Assembly: GCA_965197725.1 (NCBI GenBank)
Contig: CBDANQ010000060.1
Location: 111,270-175,269, forward strand
DNA: 64,000 nt
From: Longimicrobiales bacterium
GTDB lineage: Bacteria; Gemmatimonadota; Gemmatimonadetes; Longimicrobiales; Gaopeijiaceae
Reading direction: 5' to 3'
Position numbers and translations under genes: made by a program. The notes beneath the pieces were generated by a model. The model had not been told where the DNA came from, did no database searches, and saw only the letters and a list, made by a program, of their open reading frames with translations. Shown here in pieces: positions 42,261 through 52,228 of the stretch; the stretch's first letter is position 1; every line of letters starts with the position of its first letter.

Positions 42261-43022
42261 CATCCTCCGCTGTGGTGATCTTCCGCGCCAAATGGACCAT
42301 GGAGGCTCGGAGATGAAGGTGTCCCCGGCTCAGTTGAAGGTGGTGACTCCGAGGCTTTCGTGATTAACCTGCCATCTTCATTTCGGCAACCGGCTCGCGG
42401 TCATCGAGGTGAGCTTTGAGCATCCAGAGTTGGTCGAAGCCGACGATGCGTCGGTAGTTCTTCTCGGTCTCGACGAAGGAGGCAGCGGCCCATCTCAGTG
42501 CCATCGCTCCGTTCTTCCAGTTCGTCACCCTATAGGTCTTCTGCCTCACGCCTGCGTGGGTGCTGTCGATCAGGTTCGTGGTGCCGAGGCACTTCCTCAG
42601 CCGAGGCGGTAGCCCAAGCCGGTTGATTGTGAACATCTCACCCAGCCCCTCCCTCAGGCTCGCTGCGGCCGACGGCTGATCTCGTTCAAGCCACCGCGCG
42701 AGCTGCTCGAGTTTCTGCACGCCGTCCCTCGCATCGAGCTTCCATGCTGCGAGGATCGCGGCCTTCACCTGCGGGTGCTGATCCTTCGGTAGGTGAGCGA
42801 GCACGTTTCTGAGCTTGTGATTTCGGCATCTCTGGACCGAGTGGCCCGCGCCGAACACCTGAACAATCGCCTTCCGTAACGCCTTCGAGCCATCGATCAC
42901 GAACAGGCGTCGACGCTCGGGGTCCAGACCCCGCTCGACCAGATCCTGCAGCAGGGCCGTCGTCACTTCGGTGTTCTCACTCGCTCCCTGCCGCATCCCC
43001 AGCACGTGCTTCTTGCCGTCCG

Positions 43023-44479
43023 GATGGTGTCCCGCTGACAGTTGAAGGTGGTGGCGCCGGAGAGTCTCTTGGTTAGCCTGTCTTTCTCATTTCGGCAACC
43101 GGTTCATGGTCGTCGAGGTGGGCCCTGAGCATCCAGAGCTGGTCGTAGCCGATGATCCTCCGGTAGCTCTTCTCGGTTTCCACGAACGAGGCCGCAGCCC
43201 AGCGCAAGGCCATCGCTCCGTTCTTCCAGTTAGTCACCCTGCGGGTCTTCCGTCTTACGCCCGAGTGGGTGCTGTCGATCAGGTTGGTCGAGCCCAGGCA
43301 CTTCCTCAGCCGCGGTGGGAGGCCGAGCCGGTTTATGGTGAACATCTCGCTGAGGCCTTCGCGCAGGCTGGCTGCGGCCGAGGGGTGGTCGCGCTCGAGC
43401 CATCGGGCGAGCTGCTCGAGCTTCTGCTCGCCCTGCTTCGCGTCCAGCTTCATCGCCGCCCGGAACGCCGCCTTCACCTGAGGATGCTGATCCTTCGGCA
43501 GATGACCCAGCACGTTGCGGAGCTTGTGGTTGCGGCAGCGCTGGATGGGGTGACGTTGGCCGAACACCTTCTCGATCGCCTTCCTGAGCGCTTTCGAGCC
43601 ATCGATCACGAACAGCCGCCGCCTGCCCGGGTCCAGGCCGCGCTCGACCAGATCCTCTAGGAGCGCGCTGGTCACCTCGGCGTTCTCACTCGCTCCTTCC
43701 CTCACGCCCAGCACGTGCTTCTTTCCGTCTGAGTCCACGCCTACCGCAGCAAGCACGTGGTGCGAGCCCATCTGGATCCCGTCCAGGTAGATCACCAGGA
43801 GGTCCCACGCATCCAGCCGGCGCTCCATCAGCTCCTTCAGCACGCGCTCCGAGGCCTCGACCGTCTCACGGCTCACCGCCGACTTGCTCACCCCGACCGT
43901 GTCGGCCATCTCACCGATCACACGGCCGTACTTTCGCGTGCTCACCCCCGCCATCAGGACCTCGAGCATCCGATCCGCCACGGCGCCCGGTCTCCGCATC
44001 GCTGCGTACGCCGGCACCTCGACCTCGCCACCCTCCCCGGCGCCCCGGCGCCTGAGCCGTGGCCGCTCCACACGCACCTTCCGGTCCGACAGGTAAACCA
44101 CACCACCCTGCCGGCCATACCACACCGTGTCGTCTTCCGCTCGTGACCGACCTGCCTGCTTCACGCCTGCCACACCCTCTGCGCTCATCTCCAGCACCGC
44201 TTCGATCGTCGCTTGTCCCATCACCTGGATGACTTCGTCGATCGCGACCTCCGTCTGCTCCACGAGCTCAAGCATCGGAAGCAGAAACTGCCCCTCCCGC
44301 TTCAGGAACTCCCTGATCGCGCGCTTGTCCGCCCGATCCCTTACCTCGTACGTTCTCTTCATCGTGGTGGCTCCGTGTTGGGGTTTTTGCCTACCCGAGC
44401 CTATCGGCCCGGGACCCCCGGAGCCACCACTTTTCTTTCTCCCCTATCAGGGACCTTCAACTACGGTTGGGACAGCTTC
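43023..44479 (-). mobile_element. IS256 type B, complete (1457 bp), nested in type A
   Basis: Terminal IRs; 8-bp duplication GCCGTCCG at 43015-43022 and 44480-44487. Confidence 0.93.
43073..44362 (-). CDS. IS256-family transposase (type B)
   Basis: 429 aa, same motifs as type A with many substitutions. Confidence 0.95.
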   Translation of the reverse strand: MKRTYEVRDRADKRAIREFLKREGQFLLPMLELVEQTEVAIDEVIQVMGQATIEAVLEMSAEGVAGVKQAGRSRAEDDTVWYGRQGGVVYLSDRKVRVERPRLRRRGAGEGGEVEVPAYAAMRRPGAVADRMLEVLMAGVSTRKYGRVIGEMADTVGVSKSAVSRETVEASERVLKELMERRLDAWDLLVIYLDGIQMGSHHVLAAVGVDSDGKKHVLGVREGASENAEVTSALLEDLVERGLDPGRRRLFVIDGSKALRKAIEKVFGQRHPIQRCRNHKLRNVLGHLPKDQHPQVKAAFRAAMKLDAKQGEQKLEQLARWLERDHPSAAASLREGLSEMFTINRLGLPPRLRKCLGSTNLIDSTHSGVRRKTRRVTNWKNGAMALRWAAASFVETEKSYRRIIGYDQLWMLRAHLDDHEPVAEMRKTG

Positions 44480-45105
44480 GCCGTCCGTGTCCACGCCCAC
44501 AGCCGCAAGTACGTGGTGCGCACTGAGTTGGATACCGTCCAGGTAGATCACCAACAGATCCCATGCGTCCAGCCGCCGCTCCATCAGCTCCTTCAGCACG
44601 CGCTCCGACGCTTCGATCGTCTCGCGGCTCACCGACGACTTGCTCACCCCCACCGTGTCGGCCATCTCGCCGATCACCTGGCCGTATTTCCGGGTGCTCA
44701 CACCTGCCATCAGGATCTCCAACATTCGGTCCGCCATGGCGCCCGGCCTGCGCATCGCCTCGTACGCTGGCACCTCGACCTCGCCGCCCTGGCCGCCAGT
44801 CCGCTCACGCAGCCGAGGCCGCTGGATACGGACCTTTCGGTCCGACAGGTAGACCTGACCGCCCTGGCGGCCGTACCAGACCGTCGCCCCCTCCTCGCGT
44901 GCCTTGCCCGATTGCTTCGGGCCCGCCACACCTTCGGCGCTCATCTCGAGTACCGCCTCGATCGTCGCTCGGCCCATCACCTGGACGACTTCGTCGATCG
45001 CGAGCTCCGTGTGCTCTACGAGCTCGACCATCGGCAGCAGGAACTGGCCTTCTCGCTTCACGAACTCAGCCATCGCACGCCTGTCCGTGTCACTCGCTAC
45101 TTCGT

Positions 45106-45854
45106 ATGGGCTCGCACCACGTGCTTGCTGCGGTAGGCGTGGACTCAGACGGAAAGAAGCACGTGCTGGGCGTGAGGGAAGGAGCGAGTGAGAACGCCGA
45201 GGTGACCAGCGCGCTCCTAGAGGATCTGGTCGAGCGCGGCCTGGACCCGGGCAGGCGGCGGCTGTTCGTGATCGATGGCTCGAAAGCGCTCAGGAAGGCG
45301 ATCGAGAAGGTGTTCGGCCAACGTCACCCCATCCAGCGCTGCCGCAACCACAAGCTCCGCAACGTGCTGGGTCATCTGCCGAAGGATCAGCATCCTCAGG
45401 TGAAGGCGGCGTTCCGGGCGGCGATGAAGCTGGACGCGAAGCAGGGCGAGCAGAAGCTCGAGCAGCTCGCCCGATGGCTCGAGCGCGACCACCCCTCGGC
45501 CGCAGCCAGCCTGCGCGAAGGCCTCAGCGAGATGTTCACCATAAACCGGCTCGGCCTCCCACCGCGGCTGAGGAAGTGCCTGGGCTCGACCAACCTGATC
45601 GACAGCACCCACTCGGGCGTAAGACGGAAGACCCGCAGGGTGACTAACTGGAAGAACGGAGCGATGGCCTTGCGCTGGGCTGCGGCCTCGTTCGTGGAAA
45701 CCGAGAAGAGCTACCGGAGGATCATCGGCTACGACCAGCTCTGGATGCTCAGGGCCCACCTCGACGACCATGAACCGGTTGCCGAAATGAGAAAGACAGG
45801 CTAACCAAGAGACTCTCCGGCGCCACCACCTTCAACTGTCAGCGGGACACCATC
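45106..45854 (+). mobile_element. IS256 type B, 3' half, inverted
   Basis: 749-bp inverted copy of 43023-43771, ending in the IR ...GGGACACCATC. Confidence 0.88.
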
Positions 45855-46127
45855 CCTCCAGAAGCCTGAAGAGCTTCTTGACGCTGGGGGGAAGCGACTC
45901 AGCGAGGTCGAAGGCATGCCGGGGCGATGCGTGAGGGACTAGGGAGGCGGGGCGGTGCTTGCCGGAGATGATAACAGAGGAGGCGCCCCCCGGCCGCGCC
46001 GTCTCACTCTTGCCCACGTCGGTTGCAGGGCGCACCCTACCCGTCCGCGACCCTGTCGACCCATGAATCCGCCGGCGCCCTGGCCCGCTCGCGCCCTCGA
46101 CGTGGAGATTACGATGACCAGTGGGCG

Positions 46128-47165
46128 ATGAGCACCCTCGATCGTCGCGACTTTGTCCGCGGCTCGTTAGGAGCGGCTGCATGGGCCATGCTCCCCTCCC
46201 GGCCGCCCCCCGCCCCGCGCATCTCGGCCACGGGCTTCCTCTACGACGAGATCTACCTCGAGCACGACAGCGGCGAGACTCACCCCGAACGGCCAGAACG
46301 GCTGACCTCGATCGTCGACCGGCTCCAAAGGGCGGAGTGGTACTCCTCGCTCCTACCCATCGCCTCGAGGGCAGCGGAGGTCGCTGAGCTGGAACTGGTT
46401 CACGACCCCTTCTACGTGACGCTGGTGCGGGCGGAGATCGAAGCCGGGAAGCGGCGGCTCTCCACGGGCGACACCAACGTGTCCCCCGCCAGCTACCGCG
46501 TCGCTCTCCGGGCTGCCGGCGGCATTCTCGCGGCTGTGGACGCCGTGATGGGGGGAGAGGCCCAGCACGTGTTCTGCGCGGTGCGCCCCCCCGGGCATCA
46601 TGCGACCTTCGATCGAGGGATGGGCTTCTGCGTCTTCAACAACGTCGCGATCGCAGCTCGTTATGCACAGCAGAAGTTCGGAATCGAACGGGTGCTGATC
46701 GCGGACTGGGACGTGCACCATGGCAACGGCACGCAGGACGTCTTTTATGCGGACGGTAGTGTGTTCTACATGAGCACCCATCAGGCTCCCTTCTATCCGC
46801 GGACGGGCGCGATCGACGAAACGGGCGAAGGGGAAGGCGAGGGACTCAACATGAACCGGCCGTTCGCAGAGGGAGCGGGGGATACGGAAATCGTGGGGGC
46901 GTTTCGCGATGATCTACTTCCCGCCGGCCTGGAGTTCGCCCCCGAGCTCACGCTCATCTCGGCGGGCTTCGATTCCCGCGTGGACGACCTATTGGGCGGC
47001 TTCCAGGTCAGCGACGACGGGTACCGCGAGATGACACGCATCATGATCGAAATCGCCTATGCGGCCGGGGGAGGACGGCTGGTCTCGGTACTCGAGGGAG
47101 GGTACAACCTCGAGGGCCTCGCCTCGGGAGTCTTCACGCACATGGACGAGTTGGTCAGGGCCTGA
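46128..47165 (+). CDS. Histone deacetylase family protein with Tat-like signal
   Basis: DRRDFVR; HPERPERL, RPPGHHA, GFCVFNN, DWDVHHGNGTQ, SAGFD, LEGGY. Confidence 0.92.
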   Translation: MSTLDRRDFVRGSLGAAAWAMLPSRPPPAPRISATGFLYDEIYLEHDSGETHPERPERLTSIVDRLQRAEWYSSLLPIASRAAEVAELELVHDPFYVTLVRAEIEAGKRRLSTGDTNVSPASYRVALRAAGGILAAVDAVMGGEAQHVFCAVRPPGHHATFDRGMGFCVFNNVAIAARYAQQKFGIERVLIADWDVHHGNGTQDVFYADGSVFYMSTHQAPFYPRTGAIDETGEGEGEGLNMNRPFAEGAGDTEIVGAFRDDLLPAGLEFAPELTLISAGFDSRVDDLLGGFQVSDDGYREMTRIMIEIAYAAGGGRLVSVLEGGYNLEGLASGVFTHMDELVRA

Positions 47166-47846
47166 GAAACAGGGGGACCCCTGTTCGGGTCGACCCCGGG
47201 AGAGACGATCATTGAAGAACACCCTCAACGCGTCGGCGGCTGCCTTCCTCACCACAGGTCTCGTCACCGTGGGCCTCCTTGTCGGCACAGCCGACCTGGC
47301 CTACGCACAGGGCGCCCCTGAGTCCAGGCGACCGTCGGCTCCACTCTTCCAGCTCCATCCCCGCCCATCCTCGCATCCCATCGGCGCATTCGACTTCCAA
47401 GCTTCCCTCCTCCGTTCCTTCCACCTCACAGCCCGCAGCGCGTCCCGACGGCCACGCCACAGCTCACCGCCCCTTCCCTTCTTGCCTCACCTCTCGCCAT
47501 GGAAGCCCGTTTGAAGTTCCTATCCGTACCGCTCGGAAGCACGGTCTTTTGCTACCGATGGACTCGTAAATTGTGAGGTGACCACAGGTTGTGGACGGAC
47601 GGGCCTCCAAGGCACACAACGCAAACAGGAGAGCCCATGGCTGAGTATCCTTCCAGGGTTGTCCTTCCGCTCAGCATTTCCCTGTTTCGCCCAGTTTGGC
47701 TGAGTTGGCACACTGGTGGCACACAAGATCGGCAGTGATTTGGCGAGGGGGCGATGCCCGAACTGTCAACTAAGCTGTCAACGGCCATCGAAAGCTGCAC
47801 AGGTCTGGCCATCGAAAATTGCACACTTGGCGGAGGTGACGAGCCT

Positions 47847-48689
47847 CTAGTTCGTCGTTTTCTCCTTTGCTCTTGCTCTCTTTCTCTTCGGGGGTGAAGG
47901 GCTCGACTCCGCAGGAGGCGAGTGGAGGATCTTGGAGAGGTCGGTGTGCTTGCGCATCCGGTAGCTGCTGCCGCGGATGTTGACGATGTGGCAGTGATGC
48001 AGCAGGCGATCGATGAGCGCAGCGGCCATGACCTCGTCGCCCAAGATCTGGCCCCACTCCTCGAAGCCTTTATTGGAGGTCAGCACAGTGGATGCGCGCT
48101 CATAGCGCCGGTTGATGAGTTGGAAGAAGAGCATTGCGCCGGTCTGGCTGACCGGCAGGTAGCCGATCTCGTCGATGACCAGGAGCGAAGGATAGGTGAG
48201 GATCTTGAGGCGGCGTCCCAGCTGGCCGGTGGTCTTGGCTTCTTCGAGCGAGGTGATGAGGTCGGCCAGAGCGCCGTAGTAGACTCTGCGCCCGCTCTGA
48301 GCCGCGGCAATGGCGAGGCTGATCGCGAGATGCGTCTTGCCGACGCCCGGAGGGCCGAGGAAGATCACGTTCTCCTTACGCTCCAAGAAGCCGAGCTCGT
48401 GGAGCGAGTCGATCTGCTCGCGCTTGATCGAGGGCTGGAAGCTGAAGTCGAAGTCGTCGAGGGTCTTGATGCCCGGTAGCCGGCTCGAGCGCATCGCAGC
48501 CTGAAGGCGGCGGTTGTTGCGCAGCGTGATCTGGGCACCGAGGAGTTGCTCGATGGCCTCCGAGGCCGTCACGCCTCCGCCATCGACCCCGGTGAGGACG
48601 TCGTCGATGGCCTCCAGCGCACCGGGCATCTTGAGATCGGCGAGCTGGGCTCGGATCCGGTCACGGCGAGAGCGAGCGGCAGCCTTCAT
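47847..48689 (-). CDS. istB: IS21 helper ATPase IstB
   Basis: GPPGVGKTHLA, IDEIGY, TSNK, DRLLHH. Confidence 0.95.
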   Translation of the reverse strand: MKAAARSRRDRIRAQLADLKMPGALEAIDDVLTGVDGGGVTASEAIEQLLGAQITLRNNRRLQAAMRSSRLPGIKTLDDFDFSFQPSIKREQIDSLHELGFLERKENVIFLGPPGVGKTHLAISLAIAAAQSGRRVYYGALADLITSLEEAKTTGQLGRRLKILTYPSLLVIDEIGYLPVSQTGAMLFFQLINRRYERASTVLTSNKGFEEWGQILGDEVMAAALIDRLLHHCHIVNIRGSSYRMRKHTDLSKILHSPPAESSPSPPKRKRARAKEKTTN

Positions 48690-49714
48690 CGGTCCCCTCC
48701 CGCGATCTGGGCATAGGCCGTGAGGGGACGTCGCTCGACGTGGATGGCCGGCAAGGACGTCGTGCCGGGTGAGGAGCGATCCGGAGGCAGGACGAGGGGG
48801 TGATACGGGCGAGTCGCCAAGGGCTCGAGGAGCAGTCGTTCACGCTCGAAGCGATCGAGGGGCCGCTCCTTCAGCGTTCCGTGGCTGCGCACCTTGGCTT
48901 CCGTCTCAAGCCAATGAAGGGCCTGCGCGTTGAGATCGTCGTCCGACGTGAAGGTGCGCCCGTAGAAGAAGCTCTCCCTGAGGTAGCGGATCGGCCGCTC
49001 CACCTTGCCCTTGGTCTGAGCCCGATAGGGTCGGCACGCGCGGATCCTGAAGTTCCAGTGGTAGGCGTAGCGCATGAACTCCGGGTTCTCGACGAGGGCA
49101 CCATCGTCGTATCGACCGTCCTCGATGACGACCGCCTTCATTTGGTCGAACAGAAGCTCTGAGGGCACGCCGCCGAAGTAGGAAAACGAAGACTCCAGGC
49201 CATGCATCAGGGCCTTCATGGTCTGCCGGGTGTAGAACTGAACCCACAGCAGCCTCGAGTAGCCCAGCACGACGATTAGTGCGTAACGCTTGCCCCACGG
49301 TAGCCGGAAGTGGGCGAAGTCCACCTGGCCCTGACGCCCAGGCGCCGTCTCGAAGCGCACGACCGGCTCCTCTGGGGGTCGAGGCCGGACCTTGCGTACA
49401 TAGCGCTTCACTTGGTTGTAACTGCCCGGGTAGCCAGCGGCCCGGACCTCCTTGAAGAGCCGTACAGCCGTGAGCTTCGGGTACTCCTTGAGACGCGTGT
49501 CGATCAACGGCTTGTACGGATCCAGCTTCGACGGCATCAGACATCTCGGACCGTACCCGACACGCTCTTCGTCCAACTCCCGGTCCAGTTGACCGGTCTC
49601 TATCCAGTGGTACACGGTACGGCGACTGACCCCCAGATCCCGGGCGATCACCGCCTTGTTCATCCCCTGCTCGAGGTAATGACGGAGCAGCACGCGCTTC
49701 TCCCTTCCGATCAT
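48686..49714 (-). CDS. istA: IS21 transposase IstA
   Basis: N-terminal HTH, RFETAPG.QGQVDF, DQMK, KGKVER. Confidence 0.95.
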   Translation of the reverse strand: MIGREKRVLLRHYLEQGMNKAVIARDLGVSRRTVYHWIETGQLDRELDEERVGYGPRCLMPSKLDPYKPLIDTRLKEYPKLTAVRLFKEVRAAGYPGSYNQVKRYVRKVRPRPPEEPVVRFETAPGRQGQVDFAHFRLPWGKRYALIVVLGYSRLLWVQFYTRQTMKALMHGLESSFSYFGGVPSELLFDQMKAVVIEDGRYDDGALVENPEFMRYAYHWNFRIRACRPYRAQTKGKVERPIRYLRESFFYGRTFTSDDDLNAQALHWLETEAKVRSHGTLKERPLDRFERERLLLEPLATRPYHPLVLPPDRSSPGTTSLPAIHVERRPLTAYAQIAGGDR

Positions 49715-50035
49715 TGCACCTCCACGTTCTCGGTGGAGGCGCCAAGTGAGTGGATCGGCCGGAAGATCGCTCGGGGTGGTGCCTACATCCCCACTCTCCC
49801 GCCCGCTAGGTCAAAGCGCCAAGTGTGCAATTTTCGATGGCCACATGTGTGCAATATTGGAAGGCCGCTAACACTAAGCGGTTAGTTAGCGTCGGACTCA
49901 GTCGCCCGATAGGCGGCCGCCTCAACCGCTCTTGCATCCCCACTCCTTTGAAAAACCCTCCTCAAGGCCGTAGTGTGGACATCCGTTTGATCCACGCCAC
50001 TCCCAAACCATGGACCTTACGGAGGAGTTGGCCTC

Positions 50036-50704
50036 TTGGACGTTCGCAGACTTGCAGGCGCACTCTTTGTCCTTGCGTGGGCTCCCGCCGTGGGCATCGC
50101 ACCCCCCCTCGTCGGCCAAGAGGCCGGAGTCATCGAGGGCACCCTTTCGTTGCGCCTCGGACCCCAAAGGCGCTGGGCCTCGCGTTATCCGGGTGCCGGC
50201 GCCACCTCCGCAAAGGTCCATCCGGTCCCGGCCGTGGTGTATCTCGTTGGTGATTTTCCTGAGGAGGGGCCCGTCACGGCCGTTCGCGACATCGTTCAAC
50301 GAGAGGGCGTGTTCACGCCCGCGGCCCTGGCCGTACGAGCCGGCACTGTCGTGAGCGTTCCCAACGAAGACTCCTACTTCCATAACGTCTTTTCCTACGC
50401 GGATCCCCGCTTCGACCTGGGCCGCTACCCGGAGGGGCAGACGAGGGAGGTCTCCTTCGCCGAACCGGGCATTGTCAGGATCTACTGTGAGATCCACGAA
50501 TTCATGAGGGCTGTGGTCCTGGTGACCGAGCACTCCTTCCACGACGTCGTCTCTGAGGACGGCACGTTCCAATTGACGGGCGCTCCTCCCGGCGAGTACA
50601 CGTTGGTGGCCTATCACCCGGACGTCGGTTCTCTAGAGGAGCGGGTCGTGGTACCGGCGAGTGGCACAGTCCGCGTCACGTTGGAGCTGGGCGCACAGGA
50701 ATGA
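50036..50704 (+). CDS. Secreted cupredoxin-like protein with carboxypeptidase-regulatory-like tail
   Basis: Signal peptide, HNVFS and YCEIHEFM (His/Cys/His/Met type-1 Cu ligand pattern). Confidence 0.75.
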   Translation: MDVRRLAGALFVLAWAPAVGIAPPLVGQEAGVIEGTLSLRLGPQRRWASRYPGAGATSAKVHPVPAVVYLVGDFPEEGPVTAVRDIVQREGVFTPAALAVRAGTVVSVPNEDSYFHNVFSYADPRFDLGRYPEGQTREVSFAEPGIVRIYCEIHEFMRAVVLVTEHSFHDVVSEDGTFQLTGAPPGEYTLVAYHPDVGSLEERVVVPASGTVRVTLELGAQE

Positions 50705-50714
50705 TCCGTAGGAA

Positions 50715-52061
50715 ATGATCCGCACCAAGTGGCTCCTCGCAGCTCTCCCATTGGTTCCAACAGCCTTGGTGGCCCAGGGCGGGGAGTGGCCTACGCTGAC
50801 GGGCGCCGGGATCGAATATCTTGCGCAGTCGGGCTTCATTCAGATCAGCCTTTCGGGCCAATTGGATCTGGAGACCGTACACATAGGGGAGTCCTGGGCG
50901 GGCCTCGCCTTGCGCGAAGCGGGCGAGGAGCCGCTACCCACCGACCGCGTGCCCTGCGCGGTCTGCCACGTGGGAATGGGGCCCAGGGGCGAGGGAGGCG
51001 CCCTGCAGACGTTTCGTCTTCGAATGTTCGCGGACATCTTCCTCGGCGATCACATCTACGCGCTCGTCGAGGGACGGGGCGACCGCGGGCACGTGCCCTC
51101 GGACGGCGGTGCGGTCGCTCGCGTGGAGCAGGCCTACCTTCGAACCGCCACCCAACAGGGATCCGCTGGCGTACAAGCCGGCAGGTTCGTCAGCCCCTTC
51201 GGCTCGTATCCCCTTCGTCACCTGACCACGGTGGACCCGTTTCTTCGTCCTCCGCTCATGTACGACTTTCGCACGGTGATGAGCCGTGGGGTGGTGCCTG
51301 CCGACGCAGCCCTGCTCCTGGAATGGAAGCACTCGACCGAGTTTTTCCGAAAGCCCGGCGCCCCGCCCGTGTGGGACATCCCATATCAGTGGGGCGGGAT
51401 GCTTTTCGGGGCGCTCGGGCCCGTCGACCTTCGTGTGGCGGCGATGAACAGTGCGCCATCGAGCACGCCCGACGCTTGGGGCTTCGACATGGAAAGGCTT
51501 AAAGACCCTTCCTGGGTCTTCTCGGCGAGGACACAACCTTCACCCGATTTCGACGTGGGCTTCTCGTACAGCAAGGGTCCCTGGATGGAGGAACTCACGG
51601 CCGGAACCATCCAGCCGCTCCCGGGCGCGCCCCCGGAAGCCGAGCTCCCTACCTTCCGAGATTTCGATCAGGAGCTTTTTGATATAGACATCACCTTCGC
51701 GCGAGGACCCATCATGCTACGCGCCGAGGCCATGCTCGATCGTTGGGCCGTACCGAACATCACGGACCAACCGACCGAACGGGCGTACAGCTTGGAGCTT
51801 CTGTGGGACCTGATGCCCGGACTTTTCATGGGGGGACGCCTGGGGTACATCGACTTCCGCCCTCTGGACGATGGCCTCGGTGACGCCTCGCCCACCGGGC
51901 CCGTCGACTGGGACAACGACGTCACGCGGTACGAAGCGTCCTTGGGATACCGGCTCGTCCGCAACGCCGGTGTCCTTCTTTCGGCCTTCAAGCAGGTCCA
52001 GAGCAACGAGGTCGATGCCGACAGTCGCTTTGTGGGGCTTCGCTTGTGGTGGGCGTTCTGA
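50715..52061 (+). CDS. Probable outer-membrane beta-barrel with a CxxCH motif
   Basis: Signal peptide, EQAYL, GRFVSPFG, terminal LRLWWAF; CAVCH near residue 80. Confidence 0.7.
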   Translation: MIRTKWLLAALPLVPTALVAQGGEWPTLTGAGIEYLAQSGFIQISLSGQLDLETVHIGESWAGLALREAGEEPLPTDRVPCAVCHVGMGPRGEGGALQTFRLRMFADIFLGDHIYALVEGRGDRGHVPSDGGAVARVEQAYLRTATQQGSAGVQAGRFVSPFGSYPLRHLTTVDPFLRPPLMYDFRTVMSRGVVPADAALLLEWKHSTEFFRKPGAPPVWDIPYQWGGMLFGALGPVDLRVAAMNSAPSSTPDAWGFDMERLKDPSWVFSARTQPSPDFDVGFSYSKGPWMEELTAGTIQPLPGAPPEAELPTFRDFDQELFDIDITFARGPIMLRAEAMLDRWAVPNITDQPTERAYSLELLWDLMPGLFMGGRLGYIDFRPLDDGLGDASPTGPVDWDNDVTRYEASLGYRLVRNAGVLLSAFKQVQSNEVDADSRFVGLRLWWAF

Positions 52062-52228
52062 CGTGGGTGGGCCGCGAGTCGTTCTAGAATTGGCGTGCCG
52101 GGCGCCCTATGTTCAAGTGACGTCGAGCCACGACTCTGAGCCTTCAGGGGTCGAACTTGTCCGCGTATACTCCGCCGGCGCGGTAGACCGCTGGTGGATT
52201 TAGCGGTGTCGACGCCACGGAGTGTCTC

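Larger units (their letters stand above)
42315..45106 (-). mobile_element. IS256 type A copy 2, interrupted by type B and missing its left end
   Basis: Near-identical to 23201-24657; pieces 42315-43022 and 44480-45106. Confidence 0.9.
47776..49873 (-). mobile_element. IS21-family element copy 1, complete (2098 bp)
   Basis: TG...CA ends, repeated GGCCATCGAAA boxes, 6-bp duplication CTAAGC. Confidence 0.95.

Noticed and set aside
44563..45804. 413-aa novel fusion transposase ORF
   Set aside because: Its N-terminal half is the antisense of IS256-A; it is a by-product of the 45106 junction
47706..47721. sigma54-like TGGCAC-N5-TGGCA
   Set aside because: Imperfect -12 box and no adjacent gene or activator evidence
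47776..47830. Short repeats GGCCATCGAAA (also near 49830, 58180 and 63100) as a CRISPR array
   Set aside because: They are the multiple transposase-binding boxes of IS21 ends; there are no spacers or cas genes
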